Notes under the pieces: model-generated | The model's database searches: none | What the model saw: only the letters and a program-made list of their open reading frames with translations | Told to the model about the DNA's origin: nothing | Assembly: GCF_009914755.1 (NCBI RefSeq) | Contig: NC_060927.1 | DNA: 64,000 bases | Direction: 5' to 3' (one strand) | Origin: the human T2T-CHM13v2.0 reference genome, Homo sapiens | In this document: positions 43,839 through 58,469 of the stretch, one piece after another | How positions within the stretch are numbered: position 1 is the first letter of the stretch | Layout of the letters: each line of letters begins with the position of its first letter | Program-made: the position numbers and the translations under genes

Positions 43839-46800
43839 TTAAGTTAAAAGTGGTTGAATATTTCCTGCTTCAGTTGTGACATGTAAAGAGCTTGGAAGTC
43901 ACACTCCTGTCCTCACAACAAGAAAAAGCTGAACAAACTGAAATTCAATTACTTTTTGTGGCCCCAACAGAGAACTGAAGTTTCAGGGCAAAACAGAAAT
44001 CTGGAGAGATGGGATCATCCAGAGTCAGAGATGAGAGCTATCTACTTGTAGCAAAAGACTTTGAAGCTATGAACTGGTAGAAAGACTTATGAAGTACTTT
44101 GGATGAATTGTGAGAGGCTGAGTGTAGACTAGTATGAGAGTGAGAGTGAGAAATGCTTGGGGTCAGCGGTCATAGGGGACCTTATATTTTGGGGGGCTTT
44201 GCCTGCAGGAACTCTGTTGAGTTCTCACAGTGAATATCAGAGACACTCCCTCATGGCTCTGGCAGTGACAGGGACAAAATAAATTATGAAATATCCCTAG
44301 ACTTCTGTACAAAAATAGACTCTGCTCCAGGGGTGAAGACTTGCTGGACTTATCCCATTGGAGGAAGGGTATTCCTCCCACTCCTGCCTCCTCTAGCTTC
44401 ATGGCGGAAGTCAATAAAGTTTTAGGGAAATGGATTAGGATACAGCAAACAGGAAAGGGAGCAGGGGACAGGGAGAAAAAAACAAAAAACAAAAAAGCTA
44501 CATCGCTGGAGAAGTACTTGTGAATGTCACAGTTCTAAGATATAGGTCTATTAAAACAGTGAGATGTAATCAGAAGACTACAGAATGCTCTCTATTCCCT
44601 ACACCTTATCATTACACTAACAGAACTCCAATATAGTAAGAGTTGAAAGAGCTACAAGACACAGACTGTTTAAGACAATAGTGTTTAGGGAAATCTAAAG
44701 TCAAGAGGTGAGACAAAAACAAGGCACTAGAGAAATTTGAAGCCTCTAGCACCTATAGCTACAGGACACATTACAGCCCCAACCATATTTGCATAAATCC
44801 ACATAATAAAGGCCTATTTAGCTCATTTTCTATTATCCAATATAACATGCTGTTGGCTTTCAACAAAAAATTACAAGATACATCAAATGCAAGTATTACA
44901 CCACCTGAAGTGAAAAAGCCATCATCAGAACCAGATTCAGGTATGACACAGTTGTTGGAATTATCAGACAGGGATTTTGAAATGATTGTGTTTAATACAT
45001 TAAAGTCTCTAATAAAAAAAATACAACATTTAAGAGCAGATAGTTAATTTAAGCAGAGGTAGAAAGTTTAAGAAAGAATCAAAAAGAGATGCTAGAAACC
45101 AGAATCACTGTAACAAAAATAAAGGATGCCTTTGATGGATTTGTTAGTAGACTTGACATAGCTGAGGAAAAAATCAGTGAGCTTGAAGATAGGTCAATAG
45201 AAACTTCTCCTCAAAAAAGTTCAGAAAGTGAAAGAAATGTAAAATGCAGAATAGAATATCACCAAACTGTAGAACAATATCCAAATATACTTGTTGGAAT
45301 ACCAGAAGGCAAAGAAAGGGAGAATGGAGTAGATAAATATTTGAAATGATAATGCCTGAGAACTTTTCAAAATTAATGACACTAAACTACAGGTTTGGAA
45401 ATTTCAGAGAACAGCATTCAGGATAAATACCAAAGGAGAAGGAGACAAACCATATCTAGAAATATTATATTTAAAAAGGAGAAGGTCCTTACATAGAGGA
45501 CCCAGAATAAGATTTACAAAGGATTTTACTTCAGACAGTATGCAAGCAAAAAGAGAGTACAGTAAAACTCTCAATATGTTGGGTGAAATAGATCCTACTA
45601 ACCCAGAAGTGAAATTATCCTTCAAAAGTGAAGGAGAAATATATTTTCTCAGACTAAATTTAAAAAAAGAAGAAGAAGAAGAAGAAAGAAGGAAGGGGCA
45701 TTAATTAGTAGTAGTCCTGAACTGCAAAAAAAAAGTAAAAGTTATTTAGGCAGAAAGAAAAATGGCATGCCAGAAACTTGAATCTACATAAAGAAAGAAA
45801 AAGCACCACAGAAGAAAAAACATGACGGTAAAATAAAATATTTATTCTCTTATTTTCAATTTGTTTAAAATACGATTATCTGTTCAAAATAATAATATTA
45901 TCAGGATACTGGGTGACTAAAGCATAAAGATCAGTGAAATAAATGCCAATAATGTTACGAAGAATAAAAAAGGAAGAATTTGGAATACTCTGTATAGTGT
46001 ATATCTGGTATGGTTTGGATCTGTGTCCCTGCCCAAATCTCACGTTGAATTGTAATCCCCAATGTTGGAAGTGGGGCCTGGTGGCAGGTGATTGGCTTAT
46101 GGGGGGAGTTTCTAATGGTTTAGAACCAGCTCCCTAGTGCTGTCTTGTGATAGAGTTGTTACGAAATCTGGTTGTTTAAAAGTGCGTGGCACCTCCCCCG
46201 CCCCCTCTTCCTCTTGCTCTGGCCATGTAAGACATGTCTGCTCCCCATTCACCTTCTACCATGATTGAAAGTTTCCTGAGGCCTCTCCAGAAGCCATCAT
46301 GCTTCCCAAAAAGCCTGAAGAACCTTGAGCCAATTAAACCTCTTGTCTTTACAAATTACCCAGTCTCAGATATTTCTTTAAAGCTGTGTGAGAATGGATT
46401 AATACAGAAAATTGTTACTGGGAGTGAAGTATTGCTATAAAGATACCTAAAAATGTAGAAAAGACTTTGGAACTGGGTAATTGGCAGAGGTTGGAACAGT
46501 ATGGAGGGCTCAGAAGAAGACAGAACAATGAGGGAAAGTTTGGAACTTCCTAGAGACTTGTTGAATGGTTGTGACCAAAATGCAGGTAGTGATATGGGCA
46601 ATAAGGTCAGGCTGATGAGGTCTCAGATAGGAATGAGAAACTTATTGGGAAATGGAGCAAAGGTCACTTTTGTTTCTTAGCAAAGCAATTAGTTGCGCTG
46701 TACCCCTGCTCTAAGGATCTGTGGAACTTTGATCTTGAGAATGATGATTTAGGGTATCCGTTGGAAGAAATTTATAAACAGTAAAGCATTCAGGATGTTG

Positions 46801-48166
46801 TCTGGCTGCTTCTAGCAGGCTAACTCATATTTGTGAGCAAAGAAATGATGTAAAATTGGAACTTATATTTAAATAAGAGCATAAAAGTTTGGAAAATATA
46901 CAGCCTGGCCATGTGGTAGAAAAGAAAAATTCACTTTCTGGGGAAAAATTTAAGCCTACTGCAGAAATTTGCATAAGTAGAAAAGAGCCAAATGTTGATA
47001 ACCAAGACAATGGGGAAAACACCTTGAAGGTATTTCAGAAACTTTCTTGGCAGCCCCTCCCATAACAGGCCTAGAGGCCTATGAGGAAATAATGGTTTGA
47101 TGGGCCAAGTACAGAACCCCTCTGCCCTGCGCAGCCTTGAGACACTGCTCCCCACATCCCAGCCTCTCCAGCTCCAGTCTTGACTAAAAGGGGTCAAGGT
47201 ACATAAAGCTGGAGCCATTACTCCAGAGAAAGCAAGCCATAAGCCTTGGCAGCCTCCCTGTAGTGTTAAGCCCATGGGTGTGCAGAGTACAAGAGCTGAT
47301 GCTTGGGAGTTTCACCTAGATTTCAAAGGATACATGGAAGAGCCTGGATGTCCAAGCAGAAGCCTGGTGCAGGGTGAAGCCATCATGGAGAACTTCTACT
47401 AGGGCAGTGTGGGGATGAAACATGGGGTTGGAGGCCCCACACCGAGTTCCCACTGTGGCACTCCCTAGTGAAGCTGTGAGAAGAGGGCCACTGACCTCCA
47501 GAACCCAGAATGATAGATCCACTGACAGCTTGCACTGTGCACCCGGAAAAGCTGCAGGCACTCACTAGCCCTTGAGAGCAGCCATGGGGGCTGAGCCCTG
47601 AAGAGCTACCTTGGGAGCCCACCCACTGCATCAGTGTGCTCTGGATGTGGGACACAGAGTCAAAAATTATTTTTGAGCTTTAAGATTTATTGACTGCCCT
47701 TCTGGGTTTTAGACTGTTCTTTTGGCTGAATTCCCCCTTTTGGAATGGGAGTATTTACTCAATGCCTGTATCCCCACTGTATCTTGAAAATAACTCACTT
47801 CTTTTGATTTCACAGTGTCACAAGCAGAAGGGACTTGCTTTGTCTCAGATGAGACTTTGGACTATGGACTTTCGAGTTAAAACTGAAATAAGTTAAGACT
47901 TTGGGAGCCTGTTGGGAAGGCATAATTGTATTTTGAAATGTGACACAGACATGAAATTTAGGAGGGGCCAGAGGTGGAATAATATGGTTTGGTTCTGTGT
48001 CCCTGCCCAAATCTCATGTCAAATCATAAACCCCCATGTTGGAGGCAGGGCCTGGTGGGAGATGATTGGATCATGGGGGTGGTTTCTAACGATTTAACAC
48101 TATCCCTCTAGTGCTATCTTGTGATAGAGTTCTCATGAGATCTGGTTATTTACAAGTGTGTGGTAC

Positions 48167-49652
48167 TGAGAGGTGACAGCGTGCTGGCAGTCCTCACAGC
48201 CCTTGCTCGCTCTCAGCGCCTCCTCTGCCTGGGCTCCCACTTTGGCGGCACTTGAGGAGCCCTTCGGCCCACTGCTGCACTGTGGGAGCCCCTTTCTGGG
48301 CTGGCAAAGGCTGGAGCCCACTCCCTCAGCTTGCAGGGAGGTGTGGAGGGAGAGGCACAAGCAGGAACCGGGGCTGCATGCAGCACTTGTTGGCCAACTG
48401 GAGTTCCGGGTGTGCGTGGGCTTGGCGGGCCCGCACTCAAAGCAGCCAGCTGCCCTGCCAGCCCCGGGAAGTGAGGGACTTGGCACCTGGGCCAGCGGCT
48501 GCAGAGCGTGTACTGGGTCCCCCAGCAGTGCTGGCCCACCGGCACTGTGCTCGATTTCTCACCGGGCCTTAGCTGCCTTCCCGCAGGGCAGGTCTCGGGA
48601 CTGCAGCCCGCCATGCCTGAGCCTTCCCCCACCTCCGTGGGCTCCTGTGCAGCCCGAGCCTCCCCCACAAGCGCCGCCCCCTGCTCCACGGCGCCCAGTC
48701 CCATTGACCATCCAAGGGCTGAGGAGTGTGAGCACGCGGCACACGACTGGCAGGCAGCTCCACCTGCAGCCCCAGTGCACGATCCACTGGGTGAAGCCAG
48801 GTGGGCTCCTGTGTCTGGCGGGGCCGTGGAGAACCTTTATGTCTAGCTCAGGGATTGTGAATGCACCAATTGGCACTCTGTATCTAGCTCAGGGTTTGTA
48901 AACACACCAATCAGCACCCTGTGTCTAGCTCAGGGTTTGTGAGTACATCAATTGACACTCTGTATCTAGCTGCTCTGGTGGGGCCTTGGAGAACTTTTAT
49001 GTCTAGCTCAGGGATTGTGAATGCACCAATCAGCACTGTGTATATAGCTCAAGGTTTGTAAACACACCAATCAGCACCCTGTGTCTAGCTCAGGGTTTGT
49101 GAGGGCACCAATCGACACTCTGTATCTAGCTGCTCTGGTGGGGACTTGGAGAACCTTTGTGTGGATACTCTGTATCTAACTAATCTGATGGGGACATGGA
49201 GAACTTTTGTATCTAGCTCAGGGATTGTAAACGCACCAATCAGCGCCCTGTCAAAACAGGCCACTTGGCTCTACCAATCAGCAGGATGTGGGTGGGGCCA
49301 GATAAGAGAATAAAAGCAGGCTGCCGGAGCCAGCAGTGGCAACCCGCTTGGGTCCCCTTCCACACTGTGGAAGGTTTGTTCTTTCACTCTTTGCAATAAA
49401 TCTTGCTACTGCTCACTCTTTGGGTCCACACTGCTTTTACGAGCTGTAACACTCACCGTGAAGATCTGCAGCTTCACTCCTGAAGCCAGCAAGACCACGA
49501 ACCCACCAGAAGGAACAAACTCCGAACACATCTGAACATCAGAAGGAACAAACTCCAGACGTGCCACTTTAAGAGCTGTAACACTCACCGCGAGGGTCTG
49601 CGGCCTCATTCTTGAAGTCAGTGAGACCAAGAACCCACCAATTCTGGACACA
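48167..49652 (+). mobile_element. LTR12C (ERV9) solo LTR, 1486 bp
   Basis: tgagaggtgacagcgtgctggcagtcc...aagaacccaccaattctggacaca; 4-bp TSD GTAC at 48163-48166 and 49653-49656. Confidence 0.96.
48820..49340 (+). promoter_or_regulatory. LTR12C U3 tandem repeats and promoter (CCAAT/NF-Y and GATA motifs, TATA-like AATAAAA 49309-49315)
   Basis: Repeated tctagctcaggg/caccaatcagcac units; 7 intact CCAAT boxes counted; activity inferred from the family only. Confidence 0.7.
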
Positions 49653-50967
49653 GTACCTTCCCTCTTTCTCTCTCTTCCTACTGCTCCAGCCATGTAAAAT
49701 ATGCCTGCTAATGCTTTCACCTTCTGCCATGCTTGAAAGTTCCTGAGGCCTCCCCAGAAACCATCATGCTTCTCGTATAGCCTGTAGAATGGTGAGCCAA
49801 TTAAACCTCTTGTATTTATAAATTACTCAGTCTCACGTATTTCTTTATAGAAGTGTGAGAATGAATTAACACAATATCCATTACACATAAAGTGGTACAG
49901 GGTTGTTTGAGGTAAAGACAGATTAACTTACATTTTATTTGGTAAATTCTACAGTGATCATTTTTTTTTTTAAAAAAAGAAGTACAATTAATACACTAAT
50001 ATATGATATAAATTAAATATTATACATGGTCAGTTAAAATCACAGAATTCAGAAAAATTGGAAGGAAAAAATAAACTAGGAAAAAACTACAAGAAATAGA
50101 ATACAGTTATAAACATAGTAGATAGTTATCCAACTATATCACTCAATAATCTCTTTAGATGTTAATGTTCTAAATATACCAGTTAAAGATAGAAATTGTT
50201 GAAGAGGATAACAAAACCAAACCTAGCTATATGTCACTTACAAGAAACCCATTTTAAATATATAAAGATACATCTGGGTTAAAAGTAAAAAGATAAACAC
50301 ACAAAGTGCTAATCAAAAGAAAGCAAAGGAGCTACATTAATTTCAGACAAAGCAGACATCAGGAAAGATAGAGATTATTAGGGCTACAGAGCTTTATCTA
50401 ATGATAAAAGGGTTAATTTTCCAAAAAGACATAACAATCCTAAATGTGTATGCCTCATACAAGAGAACATTAAAATACATGCAGTAATATTGATAAAACT
50501 GAAGGAGAAATAGGCTAACAGAGGCACTATTATACCTGTAGATTTCAGCACTTACCCATTAGTAATTGACAGATGCAACAAGCAGAAAATGAAAATATAT
50601 TTAAACTGAACATCTCTATCACTAACTTATCTAGTTGACATGTTTAGCAAAGTACATCCACAATGGCAGAATATATATATATTTTTTTCATGATCACATG
50701 GAACGTTCTTCAAGGTTGACCACATTTGGGCCATAAAAGACATCTTAAAAATATAAAATAATAGAATTAATACAAAGTATGTTCTCATACTACAATGAAG
50801 TTCAAATAGAAGTCAGTAACATGTAGATAACTGAGATAGCTCCAAATATCTGAAAATTGACACATTTCTAAATAAGTGAGAGGTCAAAATAGAAGTCTCA
50901 GTAAAAATTTAAAATTTTGAAGTAAATAAAAATGAAAACAAAATATATCGATACTTAGCTTTTTTTT

Positions 50968-53900
50968 CTCCAAGATGGAGGCATAGAGGCTTTGTTAGCG
51001 AACCTCATTCACTTGGAAATAGCAAAATAGTGTGCAGAGATTCACATTGTGATCAAGGAAAGAATAGGAAGCTCAACATAAAAATGAAACAAACTTTGGA
51101 TACTTTGAAAAATATGGTGGGCAGCAGACCACACTGTGGGTCTGACGGAAAACTGTGAGTTCCAAGTTCCTGAGAGGGGAAGAGTATCTTCACAGTATAC
51201 ATTTCCACTTGGGAGTCAGGCAATCCAGGCCACAGAGGAGCTCCTTGACTCTTCCAACTGATACAATTCTGGGATCAGTGAAGAGACTGTGAGAAGAGGC
51301 AGCAGGAAGTACTTTGCACATGCTCCCAGACCTTGATGCTAATAGGAGATCATTCCTGATCTTAACTCATAGGGGGCTGTGCGGAAATCTGTCATCCAGA
51401 ACAAGCATTAGTCATCGGTTTAGAGAATCTCAAGAATGAGATTTGCAATCTAGTCTTAAGAGGAGGAAGAGCCCCATGGCCAGATCTGAGAGATGAGTGT
51501 AGCATGGGTTTGAAACACGGGCATAAGCGTTGGGCAGTCCCACTGCAGGATGCAGGACTGGAGTCGGAGGGGTGTGGCCTGGGAGTCCAAGTTTTTGTCC
51601 CTGGCAGGGAGTTTTGTGGCATAGGACAGTTTTGTAATCTGAAGACAGATTGCTTGTGTCTTGACTTACTGTTTCAGCTTGCTGCCAGGAGTGGGTTATG
51701 GGAGGGAGCCTTGCTGGGTCAAGGGTGTGGGAGTGAGGCAGGTGTCACTACCATCTGCTAGGTTGTGGAACACAAACTGCTTCTCTTTTCCCATGCTGAC
51801 TCTTTGGCACAAAATAAGTTGTTATGCTCCTCCTTGAAGCATTGCCCCAGTGGCCTGAGCACTGCCTTCTGATCCATGTTATGGCCGTTGCTTGTACCTA
51901 CCATTGGGGAGCCTGAGTACAGCCCTGCCTGGCTCAGCCCTGCCCAGCTTTACCCCAGCCACCAGCCTCAGAGGCAGAGCATGGGACTCGGACTCCTGGA
52001 AGTCCCACAGCGCAGCCTATTGCCTGCAGCTTCTCAGTACTTCCGGTTAACAAAGGTCAAGCAAAAGCCCAACTGCCATTATCACAGTTGGCTCTCACCT
52101 GCAAGTGCCACCTACTGGCTAGGAGACAAACCTGCAAAGCCCGTTTTGTTTTTTACATCTGCTGAGACAATTGCACAACATTTGAAAAAGAGAAGAGATT
52201 TGCATGACCTCTGCCACCTCCGTTGTTCACACCACCCTGTCTACTCAGAGGGACTTGAGTCTGCTCCCCCACAGGGTACGTTACGACTACACCAGGCATT
52301 TGGGAAAGCCACCACAATAAGACTATCTGTATCCAAGAAAATAATACAGTCTATACAACTTCCTTGCCACCTGTATCACAAATGGTGCTTGTGCCTGCCA
52401 TTGCAGGACCCTAAGGCAGGCCAGCCCAGTCCAGCTCCACCCAGCATCACTCCCACACCTCAGGGCTGAGTACAGAGCCCTGGACACTCTGCATTTTATG
52501 GGCCAACCCATTGCCTGAGGCTGTGGAGAGCTTTTCCTGGTAAACAAAGATCAAGCATCAACCCTACTGCCAACTGCTGCAGCCAACTCTTACCTGAAAG
52601 TGCCACCTACTGGCCTGGAGGTTGAACTGCACAACCCAATACAAAATCTGCTGCCAGAAGTACACAGCTCTTAGAAATGAAATAAGCTTTTTAAGACCTC
52701 TGTCAACCCTGCCCTACAGGAGGCCATGAGCCTGTTCACATGTTCAGTACACTACTAGTACAACTGGTGTTTGAGAAAGCCACTAAGGCTATCTATAACC
52801 AAAGAATTCATACAGGGACTTGCCAGTGAAAGCACCCAGAAGCAAAGCCAAATGATCCTATTCAACAGACAATATAGTCACATCCTTAAGGTGGGAAAAT
52901 AAAAATCCCATTTAAATAAAACTAAATTATAAAATAAGAAGTGACATTTTTCCAAATGAGAAGAAACCAGCATAACAATTCTGGAGAAGAAACTGGGTGT
53001 TACACCACCACCAAGAATCACTCTAACTTTCTAGAAATGGATCCTAACCAAAATGAAAATTTTGAAATAGCAGACAAATAATTTAAAATATTTACTTTAA
53101 AGAAACTCAGTGAGATGCAAACCAATACAAATAAATCAGAATATCAATTGAGGATATGGTTTAGGCTATGATAGAAATTTACCCATGAGGTAGATATTTT
53201 TTAAAAAATAAAACTTATGGAAATAAAAAATAACTGAAGAAATTATAAAGTCGAGTTGAAAGCTTCAACAATAGGAGAAAGAATCTCAGAACTTGAATAC
53301 AGGTTTTCAAAAATTCAATCAAAAATTCAAAAATACAATCACATAAAGATGAAGAAAAATAATGTTTAAAAAATGAATGAAGCCTTCAAGAAGTGTAGGA
53401 CTTCTTAAATATCTGAACCTATGAAGCATAAATATTTCTGAGGGGGAAGAAAAAACAAAAAATTTTAAAAACCAATTTGTGGAAAACTTCCCTATTCTAA
53501 CAAGAGATCTAGACATTCAGATACAAGAGGATCAACAACTTCAGAAAAATGCATTGAAAGAAGATCCTCATCATGATATATAGTCATCAGATTGTCTAAG
53601 GTCAAACTAGATTTAAAAAAAAACCTAAAAAACTAAAACTAAAATCAGCAATATCCAGCCATCTACAAAGAAAACTCCATCAGACCAACAATGAACTTCC
53701 CAACAAAAACTTTACAAGCCACAAGAGATTGGGATTCTATTTTCATAGTGCTTAAAAAAAAAGCAAAATTGTCAACTCTAAATTTTGTATTCTGCTGGAA
53801 TATACCTCATGAATGAAGGAGAAGTAAAGTGTTTACCAAACAAGAAAACGATGAGAGAATTTGTCATTGGTACTACAAGAAGTGTGCAAAGGAGTTCTAA

Positions 53901-56758
53901 ACATGGAAACAAAAAGTCAATACTAGTCATCACAAAAACACATGAAATATAAAACTCACAGATCTTATAAGACAGTTAAACGAGGAAGAGAAAGAAATGA
54001 AATGGCAACGTAAAAGAACTTCACCAAACCACAAAGATAAACAGCAAAAAAAAAAAAAAAAAAAAAAGAAACAAAAAATCTACAAAGCAACTATATGACA
54101 ATTAGCATTATGAAAGGTACAAAACCTCAGATGGCCATAGTAATCTTGAATGTAAAAAGAGTACATGCTCCAATTAAAAGGTATAGATTGGTAAAATGTA
54201 TAAAAGAAAAGAACCAACCATATGCTGCCTACAAGAAACTCACCTTACTGGTGAACACACTTATAGACTGAAGGTGAGGGGTTGGAAGAAGATATTCCAT
54301 GAAAAAGGAAACCAAAAGCAAGCAAGAATAGCTATACTTGGATTAGATAAAACAGACTTTATGTCAAAAACAGTAAAAAAGATAAACAATTATATATTGA
54401 TAAAAAGATCAATTCAACAAGAAGCTATAACAATCCTGAATATGTATACATCTGACTCTGGAACAGTCAGATTTGTGAAACAAATATGACTAGATCTAAG
54501 AAATACAGAAAAACAATAACAGTGAGAGACTTCAACACCCTACTGACAACACTAGACAGATCATCACAACAGAAAATCAAGAAACAAACACTGGACTTAA
54601 ATTAAACTCAATTATCAAATGGACCTAACAGACATTTACAGAACATTCTATGCAACAACCACAGAATATATATTCTCATCAACACATGGAATATTTTTCA
54701 AAAATAGACCATATATTAGGCCATAAAACAAGTTTCAATAAATTTTTAATATTGAAATCATACCAAGCATCTTCTGAAACCACAGTGGAATAAAACTTGA
54801 GACCAATTCCATGGACATAAACACGGTTATCTGGAATGATCTTTGGGTAAAGGATTTAATTAAGACAAAAATTAAAACATTTTTGAAATGAAAAAAAAGG
54901 GAGACAAAATACACCAAAACCTCTTGGATACAGCAAATGCAGTGTGAAGAGAGAAGTTTATAGTGGTAAATGCCCACATCAAAATAATGGAAAAAATCAC
55001 AAATTAACAATCTAACATCACACCTTAGGAAAACAGAAAAATAACAGTGCACAAACCAAAAAGCTAGGTTAAGTATAGAAATAACAAAGATTAGAGAAGA
55101 ACTAAGTGGAATTGAGACAAAAAATACAACGATTAATGAGACAAAAGATAGCTTCTTTGAAAAGATGAGCAAAATTGATAGACTTCTGGATAGACAAACC
55201 TAGAAGATAGACGATTCAAGTAAACACAATGAGAAATGAAAAAGGAGACATTACAACTGATACCACAGAAATAAAAACCATCATCAGAGACTACTATGAG
55301 TAGCTCTACACTCACAAACTAGAAAAGCTAGAGGAAATGGATAAATCGTTGGAAACATACAACTTCCTAAAAGTGAACAAAGAAGAAATAGAAATCTTGA
55401 ACAGGTCAATAACCAGTAGCAAGATTGAATCAATAATGAAAAATCCCTCAATAATCAAAGCTCGGCTACAGACCGATTTACAGCTGAATTCTACCAGATG
55501 TACGAAAAACTGGTACCAGTCTTACTGAAACTGTTCTGAAAAAATTGAGAAGGAGGGAATTCCCCGTAACTTATTACATAAATTCAATATCAACATGATA
55601 CTCAAACCAGAAAAGGACACAAGAAGAAAAGAAAGCTACAGACCAAAGTTCCCGATGAGCATACATGCAGAAATCCTCAAGAAAATACTAGCAAACTGAA
55701 ATCAACGTTACATCAAAAATATAATATACCATAATCGGTTTGGTTTTATTCTAGGGATGAATGGATGGTCCAACATACACAAATCAATTAATGTCATTCA
55801 CCACGTAAACAGAATAAAAAACACAAACCATATGATTATCTCAATAGATGCAGAATGAGCATTTGATAAAATACAGCATGGCTTCATGATAAAAACCCTT
55901 AACAAACTAGGTATAGAAGGAGCATACCTGAAAATAATAAAAACCATTTATGACAAACTCACAAGCAACATTATACTGAATGGGGAAAAGTTGAAAGCAT
56001 TACTTATAAGAACTGGAATAAGACCAGAATGCCCATTTTTCACCACACCCATTCAGCACAGTACTGGAAGCCCTAGCCAAAGTAATCAGGTAAAAAGAAA
56101 AGGCATCCAAATTGGGGATGAAGAAGTCAAATTATCATGTTTGCTGATGATATGATAAGAAAACCCTAAGACTCCACCAAAAGACTCCTAGATTTGATAA
56201 ATAAATTCAGTAAAGTTTCAGGATATAAAATCAATAGCATTTCAATACACCAGTAATGATCAAGCTGAGAACAAAATCAAGAAGTCAATCCCATTTACCA
56301 AGGATAAAAAACTCAAAAATATAGGAATATATTTAACCAAGGAGATAAAAGATCTCTACAAAGAAACTACAAAACAATGATGAAAAAAATTGTATGTGAC
56401 AGAAATAAATGGAAAAATATTTTATGTACATGGATCAGAAGAAAATCAGTATCATTAAAGTGACCATACAGCTCAAAGCAGTCTACAGATACAATGAAAT
56501 TCCTATCAAAATACCAATGTCATTTTTCACATCATTAGAAAAAGAAACCCTAAAATTCACATGGAACTAAAAAAGATCCCAAATAGCCAAAGCAATCCTC
56601 AGCAATAAGAACAAAGCTGGAGGCATCATATTACGTGACCTTAAATTATACTACAAAGCTATAGTAACCAAAACAGCATGGTACTAGTATTCAAACAGAC
56701 ACATAGATCAATAGAACAGAATAAAGAACCCAGAAATGAAGCCACATGGCTATAGTCA
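50968..56758 (+). mobile_element. L1PB/L1M-type LINE-1 with long 5'UTR, ORF1 and most of ORF2; 3' end missing
   Basis: ccaagatggaggc start; degenerate ORF1 ~52955-53950; ORF2 peptides PTICCLQETHL and MIKTLNKLGIEG; similarity stops at ~56758. Confidence 0.8.
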
Positions 56759-57494
56759 CAAATATTTGGGGTATGTCTAAAGAAAAATGGAATCAACTTA
56801 GAGTTCCAAAAAGTCAAAGCTGAAACAATTTGAGCAACAACAACAACAAAGTGGAATTGGATTGTAATCTAAATAATAAAATAAATATCCCTGCCTCCAT
56901 AATAATATAAACAACTGATTGAATACATAAATAAATGGTGTAGAATAGAAAAACTCACATGTGGAAGGATTTCAAATTATATATGCAGATATCCTGAGCA
57001 TAAGTTCTCACTAATAAGTGTTGGCTGTGTATAATGACTCTTCAAAAGAGTACAGTCTAAAAAAGGGAAAAAGGTAACTACAGTGGAGAAACCTGAAAAA
57101 TACTATCTCAACCAGTTTTTCAATGTTACCACCAATAGTGATAAGTCTTTGATATTATTTACCTTTGATGTGATGAAAATAGTACTTTATCTCTGTATTC
57201 TTTTCAAAAACCTGAAAGCCCAGTCTAACCATGAGAAAAAACATCAGAAAAATTTCAATAGTAAGACATAAAGCAAAATTCCTGACCAGTATTCATGAAC
57301 GCTTTCAATTTTATCAAAAATAAGGAAAGTCTGAAAAACTGTCAAAGCCAAGGAACCTAAAGAGACATGAAAACAAAATGTAATGTGATATCCAGGTAAG
57401 ATTTTAGAGTCAAAAAAGAACATTAGGTGAAAACAAGAAGTCTAAGTATGGACATTATTTAAAATAGTGTATAACATTGGTTCATTACTGTGAC

Positions 57495-57857
57495 TGTATT
57501 AGTCCATTTTCACACGGCTGTAAAGAACTACCTGACATTGGGTAATATATAAAGGAAAGAGGTTTAATTGACTAACAGTTCCACATGGCTGAGGAAGCTT
57601 CAGGAAACTTACAATCATGGTGGAAGGCAAAGGGGAAGCAAGGCACATCTTACATGGCAGCAGGAGAGAGAGACAGCAAGGGGGAAAAGTGCCACATTTT
57701 TAAACCATCAGAGCTCATGGGAACTCACTGTCATAAGAACAGCATGAGGAAAACCACCCCCATGGACAAATCACCTCACACCAAGTCCCTCCTTTGACAC
57801 ATGAGGACTACAATTTGAGATGAGATTTGGGTGGGGACACAAAAGCAAACCATATCA
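57495..57857 (-). mobile_element. MSTA/THE1D-like solo LTR
   Basis: tgtattagtccattttcacacggctg...gcaaaccatatca. Confidence 0.9.
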
Positions 57858-57875
57858 GGAACAAATGTTCCATGC

Positions 57876-58434
57876 TATGATGGTTAATTTTATGTATCAA
57901 TTTGGAGAATCAGGTGCCCAGATATTTGGTTAAACATTATTCTAGTTGTGTGTAGGAGGATGGTTCTAGATGAGATTAACATTTGAATTAGTAGGCTGAG
58001 TTAAGCAGATTGCTGTCCCTGATATGGGTGGGCTTCATCCAATCCATTGGGAGCTTGAGTAAAACAAAATATGAGATAAATGAGAATGTGCTCTCTTTGA
58101 TGATTGTTTTCAAGCTGGAACTTCATCTTGTCCTGCACTGGAACTGATACTTACACCACAGAATTTCCTGATTCTCAGACCTTTAGACATAAACTGGAAT
58201 TTATACCACTGGTTTTCCTGATTCTCAGGTCTTTGTACTCAGTCTGAAACTAAACCACTGGCTCTCGTGGGTCTTCAGCTTGCAGATCACACATCATGGG
58301 ACTTCTCAAGCTTCATAATCACAGGATCCAAGTCTCTCTATATATCTATATCTATAGATAGATATCCATATATCAATCTCTATATATCTGTAAAAATATA
58401 GAGAGATATATCTATGTGTCTATGGGTATATATG

Positions 58435-58469
<35 letters not shown>

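Larger units (their letters stand above)
46006..49873 (+). mobile_element. MSTA-like MaLR provirus: 5' LTR 46006-46406, internal 46407-47979, 3' LTR 47980-49873 split by LTR12C
   Basis: tggtatggtttggat...taataca; 5-bp TSD ATATC at 46001-46005 and 49874-49878. Confidence 0.92.

Noticed and set aside
48133-48901. 242-aa Pro/Ala-rich ORF and CpG-island-like composition
   Set aside because: Explained by the GC-rich U3 of LTR12C, where stop codons are rare
48820-49260. Regularly spaced repeats superficially like a CRISPR array
   Set aside because: These are LTR12 U3 tandem units; the intervening sequences are themselves repeated, there are no cas genes and the context is eukaryotic
51876-52469. 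197-aa ORF
   Set aside because: Lies in the 5'UTR of an old L1 and has no recognisable motif
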